DNA of 64,000 nt from Massalongia carnosa. Taxonomy: Eukaryota. Shown here piece by piece: positions 10,902-22,080 of the stretch. The stretch covers positions 2,852,001 through 2,916,000 of the forward strand of contig OZ287068.1 of the NCBI GenBank assembly GCA_965645245.1. The letters run 5' to 3'. The notes below the pieces were generated by a model. It was given only the letters and a program-made list of their open reading frames with translations. It was not told the DNA's origin and did not search any database. Made by a program: the position numbers and the translations under genes. Numbering within the stretch: the stretch's first letter is position 1; the number at the start of each line of letters is the position of its first letter.

Positions 10902-12249
10902 CACGCGGGGCCAAAAAAAGTTCCCACACCAAAAATTTCACCCACCCTAAAAATCCTTCTTTTACCCAACTCCCTCATTATGAATAATCAATCATCAATT
11001 AATCGTTCTAGTACACCTGATTTTGATGATCATAACTGTAATCAGGAGTATTCTACGCCCATAAAAGCTAAAGTTCAAGCTGTTGTTGAATTTAATGATG
11101 CTCATAAAATTCTCTATTTAAAGAAGACGTTTTTCGTCATTTCGGCGTGGAACGAATGAGCGGTGATGCCATGCTTTGGGGCGAATCATCCCGTCGATTT
11201 CATCACAACTCGGTCTGGCCAGAGACTCGAGGTAGAAAAAAGCGATTGATTGGGAGACTCTCAAGAGACTGGAGGAAATAATTGAAAATGGAGGTTATTC
11301 AAGCTCGAGCTATGTCCTGGCATCAACTGGCCAAAGAAGTAGGCCTCGTGGGCAGTAATCGAGTGCATTGGCACACCATCAGAAATACTATGCAGGACTT
11401 GGAACATCACAAATGCATCGTTTGAACGAGGACCTGGATTGCTCCTCATCTTCGTGCTTTAAGACGTACTTTTGCACGAGATAAAATCACCACTTGGACA
11501 TTGGAGGACTGGAATTTGGTTCGTTTCAGCGATGAAGTTCATTTCGGGCTTGGTCCTCAACGCCGATTGCGCATTATACGTCGACCGGGTCAAAGAGATT
11601 GTTTTGACTGCATGCAGGAGGGGAAAGAGCCCGAAGAAAGAGTATAAAGCGTTTTCATTGCTGGGCGTGGGTGGGATGGAATTACAAATCAGATCAGATT
11701 TTTTACGAGGTTCCTGGAAACACCAATGGAAAGATGAGTCAAAGAGTTTATATAGACTCCATTTTGGAGCCTATTGTAAAGCTGTGTCTCGAGGTGAGTG
11801 AACGATTTGTTTTGGAGGAAGATGGTGATTCGGGGCATGGTTCAGCCAACAATAACAACATCGTACGGAAATGAAAGGAAGAAAACGGGTTAAAGTACTA
11901 CTTCAACGCCCCAAAAGCTCCCGATTTGTCCATCATTGAAAACTGCTGGCAGCCCGTCAAGCAGTGGTTATCAAAATCGGATCATTGGGACGATGAGACC
12001 ACTTTAGATGCAATTCGTACAGGGTAGAGGGATCACGTTCCCTAGGAATGGATCAATTCGTTAGTAGAGCAAATGCCACAACGCATGCATGATGTGCTAG
12101 ATAGAGAGGGTAAAATGACAGGACATTGAGCGATTTTTGTTGCATATAGTCGTGTATAATAGTGATTATTCATGATGAGGGAGTTGGGTAAAGAAGGATT
12201 TTTAGGGTGGGTGAAATTTTGGTGTGGGAACTTTTTTTGGCCCCGCGTG
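10902..12249 (+). mobile_element. Tc1-like (IS630/Tc1/mariner, DD38E) DNA transposon, full length, degenerate transposase, ~85-bp TIRs, 5-bp TSD GCCCG
   Basis: Ends CACGCGGGGCCAAAAAAAGTTCCCACACC... and ...GGTGTGGGAACTTTTTTTGGCCCCGCGTG. GCCCG lies at 10897-10901 and 12250-12254. Fragments FSDEVHFG, VLEEDGDSGHG and PDLSIIENCW are interrupted by stops and frameshifts. Confidence 0.93.
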
Positions 12250-12522
12250 GCCCGTTACCTGTCGTTCTTTCCATGCAGCTTCTCCTTTCTAAATAACTCT
12301 TACGTAAACTCTGCAGGGACACTGACAGAGACTTAATTTAATGCTCTCTACTAGATTTGATACAGTTATCATGTTAAAGCTTTTTAAAATGGCTGAGCCA
12401 TCAAACTCATAGCCAATTAATGAATTGATAACCAAGGAAAGTATTAAATTTAACGTGCTCTTCTAATGCCCTGGTCTCGTGTGGAGTAAGCAAGCAAGTA
12501 TGCACACAGTAAGAGACTTGAT

Positions 12523-14726
12523 TCATGCTGAACCACTCCGCTCTTTGGGAAGCCTTGCTGCAGACAGAGAATCGTCATTGCGCTCTTTGAAGGGCGCCAC
12601 CGTAGACAGCCCCCAAAAGACGACGAGTGCAACGATAAACCCAAAGAAGTATGAGAGGGCATATAAATGGTCCCAACCAGAACCATTGGCTGTTCCCCGA
12701 ACCTGACGAGCAAATCCAGCTGGTTAAATGGGTCAGTATTTGCAAAGTTCTAACCAGGACTAAAACTAGTCATTGGTACTAAGGGAGAAACATACGTAGA
12801 AGTGGCCAAAGACCCATGGCCCATGCTGTGAACGCACGCCAGTTGAAGCCTTTCGAATACCAATAGGCCGATGTCTTATTGCCAACATAAAGATCATCGA
12901 CGTATAAATTCTGCTTGCGGACAAGAAAATAATCGGAGATTAATATACCGGTCATTGGACTCTAAACACCATCAGCTCGAGAATCAGACGGTGGATTTAC
13001 CAAATAGCCATGCCTACCAAGAACACAGACCATGTAGAAAGCACTATTATGAAGGTTGTAGGTTGACTAGGGAGATATTAGATGAATTCGCCTCAAATAA
13101 CCATGGAGGTTGGATATACGTCACATAGTTCCATGGACAGGCAGCTACCGCAATGATACTTAATATAAAGCTTCCACGTCGGATATTGATATATTTTGGA
13201 CACAACGCTGCTAGATCCATTCCCCCGGAAACGCAGTTGAGCACAATGCAAAGCGCCATTTGGCTGGCAAGCAAACCCAACCCTGCAAAGAACGTCCCAG
13301 CTCTTGCACCAGATGACGCACTCCTCTGCTGGATTGTAAGAAGTAGCAAGAATGGATTCCAAAGATAGCCACCGTAAAGAGTCGCAGTTGCTGAGGTGAT
13401 AAGAAGGCCGCAGAGCGCAGTTATACAAATTGTCAATGGTGCCGTGATAGCTTGGCCGAATAGAGCAGCATTGGGGGTTTTGGCGTATCGTGTCCAATCT
13501 CCAAGAACAAGCAGAAGCTATCAGCCATCGGATTGGCAATTCGCCGAAAATATAACAAATGTAGGTTGTTTACCTGATTGCCCGAGACAACCGCTGGCAA
13601 AGGTCCCAAAAATAGACTGTAGCCCATAAAGCGAATTCCAATGGAGAACACTTCCTTTTTCCGACGGTCCTGTGTGGATTAAACTTCCAGCTCCATGAGC
13701 TGTAAGAAGCGACCAAATCAAGATACCAAACATTGTAGAGGTGATCATGGCGAACGAAACCTACAGTCAGGTTAACGAACTAAAATAGAAGCGCATAGGG
13801 AGTATCACTCTAAGTGGCACCTGCAGCCTCTCTGGAGGAATGAGGAGACATGGAACTATGACGTTATCAGAATATCCATTGACGAATAAAGGGGTAGCTA
13901 CCAAAAACTGCCATGAAAATGAAGAAACAGATTAAGGATGAGGTGTCGACATGAGCGGATAAGGGCAAAGTATTTCTCATGCTGAAGAACTTGGGCCCGA
14001 TCAAGGCCCCGAGAATTATCTTGATGGCTAGATCGACTATAGTTAGTATACCATATCACGAGGTAGAAACTAACTCACATTGACCGCCCCAATAGGCTTG
14101 AAGCCCCAGCTTTACCCCCATTCAGCCAGTCATTCGAGAACACTGGGAATGCAGATTCTCCAACCCATATGCTCGCAGTCATTATACGATTCAGTACCGG
14201 CCAGAACCCTCCTCTCATACCCCATGAGCTTGATTCTCGAGTCAGCTATGTATTAGCGGAGAGAAAATGCCACATCGTACGCTCTAGATAATACTGTGAA
14301 CCCTAAGTATTGGTGGCTTCCCATCCAACCGGCAACAACGGCAAGAATGGCAGTTAAAAGAGCGACCTAATACCAAGGAATCAGTTAAATCATAATTGCC
14401 AAGTTTAAGCAGCAGTCAACCCACCCCTACAATGACTCCCATACCTTGTCCAACGGACAGCCCCAAGGCTAACAAACTTGAACCCGCGGTCCATGATGTG
14501 GTGTTGACTCCTTGGACAGAGTTAGGATATATTAGCTGGACCAGGAGTCAACCATAAAACCCGTGATCACCCAATATCCAGCGAAACCCTGCCAGGTCCA
14601 TGTCCTCCTTTGATGCGGAATGGGGATTAGATCCCGGTTGCACCAGAAAGTATTCTCATAGTTTGCGTTTTCATCAACCGGACACTCGAGCTGCTTTGCC
14701 CATTGCTTAATTTTCACTTTGGTCAT
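12523..14726 (-). CDS. NCS1 family nucleobase:cation symporter (uracil/allantoin/thiamine permease, Fur-like), many introns
   Basis: NRDLIPIPHQRRTWTWQGFAGYW, DWTRYAK, GMDLAALCPKYINIRRG, PWN, FNWRAF; many transmembrane segments. Confidence 0.9.
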
Positions 14727-15635
14727 GTTTGAGAGCATTATCAATACAACTGCACAAATTTGTATCGTGACTTTTTATTTTTAAAACTATGAGCAGAGAA
14801 ACGGCCTTGAGTTCTCCCAGCTAAACTGCGGGGATTTCTTCTGATTTATATCAGAAGAACCTGCGAAAAGCACCGATGAACAATAAGCACAGCTTTGGAG
14901 CGCCTGAATAAGCTTGCATTGCATATTGGAGCGGTGTCCATGATAAAATTTCTGCTTCAGAGATTGGCTGCATACACATACCTCACCTCAACCTGCGTTG
15001 AGGAAGCGGGGGTGACGGATTCAAGTAACAGATGACTACGTGATACGATAGGATCTAGCGTTTTTGGTTAGTAATCTTGTAGTAGCTTCAATGGATGCAT
15101 AGACTCGAAGAGACACGTACCTATTGGTTGGTAATATATACTAGGGGAATTTTCAAAATGAGTACTAGTTATTAATACCATAGCACAGTCTTGAGATGCG
15201 ATTTGTTTAGCTTTTTATAATGTTAAAAAATCAAATGTGAGGTGAAAAGGTTTGGGTGGATGGCTTACCTAGATATACTTCTATCACGTGACTTAGCCTT
15301 CGGCTCGACGATATCGGTGAAACGAAAACAATTGTTTGTGCATGAAGGTAACCATTCAAAATTGTTGGATATCTAAGGATTATATATCAGTCTTCTGCAA
15401 TTGCAATCTTTGGAATGACAGAATGGTTTGAGACATCAGTTGAGCATATTCCGTGCTAAGAGCTCTGAAAGCGGGCATGGCGCGCTAGCCCTGCGCTTCG
15501 GGCGGAGAGACCTTTAGACATCCTGGTCGTGTAACTTTTCCCAACCACACCAACAGATCAGACTGCCAGCAGGCTTCCCATTGATAGACCTCTCCATCTG
15601 CCTTGGTCAAGCACTCTCATATATTTCCCTCTAAC

Positions 15636-16645
<1,010 letters not shown>

Positions 16646-17707
16646 GCTGCACCTCGAAATCCCCCGAAATCATGGCGAACCGTTGAGAATGCCCAATCAG
16701 TGAAGGGGCGGTGGATGCCATGTTTCTGTGATATCCATGTGGAAATTCTGGGCCCTGTGCTTTGAGGTAAGCATTGGAAACACCATCTGACTCCTGGTGT
16801 ACTCTGTATACTACATGTATCTCTTCAGTAGTCGCTTTTAAAATCCATCGTCGAACATCGGTATGAGCTTTAGCCACGATGATTCCAAACTACAAATTCA
16901 GCACATAAACAGAATGAGCGCTTTCGCTGCGCTCGATGAAGGACGTATTCTTTTCGTAAAAGTACGCTGAATACGAAGATGACGATTGGGTGAACAAGCT
17001 CTCAGATATCAAATAGGACCTGCTCTTTCCTCTTAATTCCATGCCAATTCCAACATTTACAAAACCAAGTTTCGCCTTTGGACTTCCCGGACCCAGAATA
17101 ACGGTGGGCTTCCAACCTTTCACCTGTGTATTCACCAAACCTTGTTTCAAACTCATTGTTCATTTCATCCGGCCTCGTCGTCCTTCCCTATCTGCTTCAT
17201 ACATACATTGCACATTCTAGCACCTCTTCTAAAGCTTGATTTTGTGTACTGAAGGATTTCTATCCCTCCGTCATTCAGTCCTTTGAGCCCTAAGAACATC
17301 TCTTAAGCGAGGTCACGAGATGTAAGTGAGACCCAGGGCGCATCACATCTCTTATTATGTCGACGTTGTCATACATACACGTTGACTGCGTTCTGTGACT
17401 TCGTCCAGGTGAACCTTCCATCACATCTTCCACTTGTATTACAGACTACATATTACCCGAACATATCAAGGCCATACCTTCATCTTTCGATCACAACGAC
17501 CTGCTCTCTCGTCCTGTTTACTCCCTGTCGTACCTTGGGGTATTGGCTGCCACAGGATCTTCCTTGTCACGTTTCGATTTGTTTTCAGCCTAGTGTACCC
17601 CTCCATCTTATTTATATCTATCCGAGCTCAATCACTCACAAAATATCTTTTACAGGTATTCAACTCTTGAATCAAGACGCACTGTCCGCGTAGCACGTTC
17701 CGCCTCC

Positions 17708-18076
17708 ATGGCCCCCCATGTTCCTTCCGGATCCCACCTGCCAACGATCTGGACTAAAGATATGGACCACGCTATCTGCAACCTCGAAGCCCTTGGCACC
17801 CTCGATTCACGTCTTATCATCCGAGGACTGAAGATGAGATTTCCCATTGAGCTGATGGATGTAGTGATAACTCCTGATGCCATCGAACGTCGTATTATGT
17901 GTTTAGATTTGTCGGAAAATAACTATTTTGTGGGTGGTATGAAAGACGCGGTTCTGCGCGCCGAGGCTCTGGGTTTTGCTTTGCCACCCATGGACTTTGA
18001 AAAATATACCAGGAAGCCTGAGCCAGTCGTTCAAGTGAGCAATAGTTTAAGGGCTTATCATTCTATGAGATCGTAA
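17708..18076 (+). CDS. Hypothetical protein (first exon; the 3' end is probably spliced further)
   Basis: ATG in good context, protein-like composition (WTKDMDHAICNLEA...), GTGAGC donor near 18036. No family recognised. Confidence 0.45.
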   Translation: MAPHVPSGSHLPTIWTKDMDHAICNLEALGTLDSRLIIRGLKMRFPIELMDVVITPDAIERRIMCLDLSENNYFVGGMKDAVLRAEALGFALPPMDFEKYTRKPEPVVQVSNSLRAYHSMRS

Positions 18077-18355
18077 CAAGTCGATGAGGTGGGAAAGCTG
18101 CTTATGTTCGCCAGGACACAGCTATCACTCCTGTTGCAACACCAAAGGGTCGAGGTCTGAGAATTATCAGTAAAGAAAACGCTCCGGTTGAGAGAATAGT
18201 TAGTGCCGAGGTAATTTGGGAGCCTGATCTGTGATATCTGATTGAATACTTATAGAGGCAGCGGTACCCTGGAAACGGTAATGAGAGCGGGATAATAATG
18301 GGCAAAGGTAACAATAATGTAAGGCCCAGATTCTAAAGTCATCAATTGAACAAAT

Positions 18356-18562
18356 AGCTGATCCTGTGTGGAAAGAGCCTTAGCCGCCCTGCCATAAATC
18401 CTACCAACAGTAGGTCAGGGTTCAAAGCGGCGTTAGGCATCGGCAGTGAAAACAGCCAGGCTGGCTCCCCTGGCGTTTCCCCTAATAGCTGCGGCATTAA
18501 AAAGGAGCTTCGCTCACATACACCACGCGCCTACGGTAGTTAGGCTTCTGGCCTCAGTTTTT
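18356..18562 (+). ncRNA. Candidate structured ncRNA or SINE-like element (~205 nt, oligo-T terminated)
   Basis: Closing stem AGCTGA/TCAGTT, stem TGTGTGG/CCACGCG and several internal hairpins; B-box-like GGTTCAAAGC; T5 run at the 3' end. Confidence 0.55.
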
Positions 18563-19725
18563 CTATGTGCATATGCGCCCCTTTTTAAGCCATGGTCGAA
18601 TATTTGTATCTGCTCGGCGATAGAGGGGTAAAGTAGGTCACTGATTAGATATGGAAAGCGTGGTATTTTGAGAAGATCGGAGGGCGAAAGGGATTCATCA
18701 GCGATAGCTACCAAGCTCGAGTTATGTTATTCAGCCTATAAACACCGATTTCGTGCGTGCGCCTTATTTCACTTAACAACACTTTTCATCTCACTTCTTT
18801 CCAAATCACCACAGCCGTCCCTGCTCCTGCCTTTCTTCTCCTACAATCATCTATATCCTATTACCCTACCTTCACAAATTATATCACGCACATAATACCT
18901 TTGCGTCTCTCAACTTAAGCACCTCTTCAGCAGCTCAAGAATGTGAATAAAAGGTGTCGTAATCCCTATCCTCACATAGTCGATAGTAATGCTGTATATA
19001 ATGTCCAGATGATAGATCTTATAGGTTAATGGAAGAGGCCAGAGCCAGGAAGTATTTATGAAGTCAATTTCGAATAAATCCGTTTTAGCTCGTCGATGTC
19101 TTTCATCTATCCATCGGTCAAGTTCTTCTTCATTACTCTATATCCATGACTGCTGATCTCTATCTGTTCGTCTCTGGCGTTTAAGCCACTTTCCTCTTCA
19201 AGTATATTGTAAGAATCGAAGGACAACCCTAGTTTTACTTCCTCTAGGACCATTTCTGAATTTTAGTCTTAGCATCGGTAAGATAAAATAATAATGCTTG
19301 AAACCTGTAACTCTCTTTAAAACTATGATTGTGAATTAAGATGTAGATAAAGTGAAAAACTAGTTCTCTAAAAGCTCATGACTAAAACGTGCTTTTTAAG
19401 GATGTACCGTGGACAAATTTTGAAAAGGGGCTATAAAGTTTAGAAATTGAAAAGGGGTGTTGAGACCCTGACTTAGTATTAATACCCTCGACCTTCGAAC
19501 CTACATACCTATGCTCGATTATTCTGTAAACCATCGCACAATCCTTGATAGGAGATATTGGGTACAAAAAATCCCATCACCCGATCACGTCGAGCTGCTG
19601 ATCCATACATCGGCCAGTCAAATCATTGACCTTACAGAATCACGTTCATCATCGCCTACAGCGCTACCAAGTTAAACGCCCCGTTAGCCTCATTGAACTT
19701 ATCCTCGTAAGCGGACAATCCTGAA

Positions 19726-20293
19726 TTGCTGGAGAGTAGGGTAGACGCCGAGGATGGCAATAAGGAAGGCGATCCGAAGCCAGTCTACGAGTATAAATTA
19801 GTACAATATCTGGACATACCAGGTTATGAATTTGAAAGTTTGGAGAACAAGGAAGTCCTCGGTATCTTCACGGACGTGAAGAAAGCCAACGACGCCCTAT
19901 TCCGACACCATGAGCTCATCGCCGCGCTTCCGCGATAAACCTCCTCCGTCGGAAGCAAATCCGACGTGATGACGTGGATCTCCATGTATCACAGCGGAGC
20001 CTGGAAACGAAGTAAAATGCGCCTGGTGATTGAACGGGCCGTGTAGATCTCGCAAGCGCCGCGCAAGGTGTATGCGGTCCGCCGGGATGATCGGAAGGAC
20101 ATGTGCAGATCCAACCAAGAAGGGGTTCTCGAGGACGTCTCCACCGTGGGTATTTATCAAGATCTGGACTCTGCCGTCCAAGCGCCTGAAGCAGGGGCCT
20201 GGGAAAATCTGCGAAGATTGAGATCCGAGCAGCTTTGAGCAAGACGATTCGGAGAGGGATGGGAGGCCGAGAATTCAGCTCCTGAACCATGAT
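19726..20293 (+). pseudogene. Decayed gene with two similar beta-beta-alpha-like segments
   Basis: One reading frame continues through TAA (19936) and a later TAG. It encodes VYEYKLV...VLGIFTDVKKANDAL and KVYAVRR...TVGIYQDLDSAV, followed by an apparent frameshift. Confidence 0.45.
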
Positions 20294-21249
20294 GAGGGCA
20301 TCTTGATATGTCTCAGCATATCTTCACAAAATCTTTATTGAGCGGCGGCGACGACGGAGGCAGTTTGATACAATCATGGTGTCGTGGTTTCAGGTATATA
20401 TAAATAGTGATAAAATCTCTATTTTTATGTACATCAAGAAATTCTCTCTCTCTTTTTTTTCTTGAATTTTTCCCCCAGTCCTGATACTTTCCCTAAAACC
20501 TGGCGCCATCAAGGCTCTACTATTATTCCCCGACCATCTTTTTACCACGAAAGATTAGCCCAACAGATGGTCTCCTGCCTAGAGTATCCGTAGGAGGTAC
20601 GTCTTTCATACTCTGTCTCAACACCCTCACAAATACTATGTGCAAATCCCTTTTCGTTTTTCATCGTACTCTCTACATCCTCTCGATCCCCTCTAGGCTA
20701 GCCTGACGCTTTTTCACCTTTTGTTTCAGCAGCTTCCTTCCGTTATGAGGGAATGGGGGGGGAGAGGATAGATGTAATAGCCCAAAAGGGGGGGCGGTAG
20801 ATTGAAGAAGACGAGAAGGCAGCAGAGGCCTTAGGTAAGGGGAGGGGAAGCGAGGCGGAGGAGAGCTGATATAGATAGGGCGAGGGAGAAGAGGGCTAGA
20901 AAGAAATAAACGATATGGGTTTTCATAACGGAATGAGGGCGAGGAAGGTCGGTAAAGATATAGCAAGCAGCAATGAGAAAGTTCAAAAACGGAGTGGAGG
21001 CTAGGGGATACGTAGTCAATAGTTCGTGCTCCAATAAACAGACATACACCCCTACCCTACCCTGTGTAAGTAGACAACCCCAAAAATACCAACCTTCTTT
21101 CCCATCCGAATAAACCCCGGGGAGGAAGGGGCTGCATGCGCAGTTAAACAGCCCCAAAAGACTTGCTCATTTACTCACTCCCATCCATCTCCCACCCCCA
21201 CACGCAAACCCCACAAACAACCCCTACCTCGACCATTACTGCTACGTAC

Positions 21250-21285
21250 GACGACGATGACGACGATGACGACGACGACGACGAC
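21250..21285. repeat. (GAC/GAT)n microsatellite
   Basis: About 12 tandem GAC/GAT units in an intergenic low-complexity region. Confidence 0.85.
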
Positions 21286-22080
21286 TACACAACAGCTATG
21301 CTTAGGGGTTTCTTCTCTTTCTTTGCACCAATCACTAGGCCCAGGCGCGGGGAATGGAAGTAGGGCCCCTGCGACAGGACTGGAGAGAGTTAGGTAGCGG
21401 AGTAGGTAGCGGGGGGGAGTGGGGATAATTGGTACGGTATAGTGCTGTGGCGAAGTATGGTTAGGGGGGAAACGCCATGGAACGAACCCGGGGAATCCGA
21501 ACGAGGGATGGCAAGATGAAACTAAGCATTATGCTTACTTTAAATGAATGGTGGCGTCCAGAGCACAGAAGATCGGCGAAAGCAGATGACTCAGTGTCTT
21601 GCCAGGCAAATAGGTATATCTAGCCAGAATTCCGGAGGATGCACCAGTCGAGGAGAAGAAAGGGAGAAAGACAAGGGGAATAGCGAAAAATACAGTCATC
21701 AGGCACAAACGTTGAAGTCATCCGTGTCAGCAGAAACAAATTATATGCATAGATTGGAAATATGTTTCGATTTTCATTTTTGATATCTGGAAAGCTGAAA
21801 ACAGCGCCGGGCACACCGCACGGTGCTAAGCGCTCGAATACCCTCGGCAAGAGGAATAATGGATTGGGAAGAGGATCGTATAGAATAGAGAAGAGAGGAA
21901 TCACCTCTCGTAAGGGTAAGAGTAAAAAGATTGCCTCTTAACGCAAGGGTAAAAATCAAACGCCAAGAACATAAGGTAGAGAATTGTCACGGAAAACCTG
22001 CCGTGCTATGTGCTGTAATCGAACTGTGGCGGAGAGGAGCGGCGCTACTACCATATGATGCGTGTTGGTCACGGAGAGTA

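Noticed and set aside
14727..15300. TPP riboswitch upstream of or within the NCS1 transporter
   Set aside because: No CTGAGA...GAACTTGATC-type aptamer core was seen.
18356..18562. Identification as RNase P/MRP, 5S rRNA, HDV, hammerhead or hairpin ribozyme
   Set aside because: The diagnostic conserved cores (CR-I/CR-V, CUGAUGA..GAAA, UCCUCG loop, full 5S sequence) are not present.
18446..18631. 61-aa ORF MKTARLAPLAFPLIAAALK...
   Set aside because: GTG start, no family features, and it overlaps the structured RNA candidate, which explains the sequence better.
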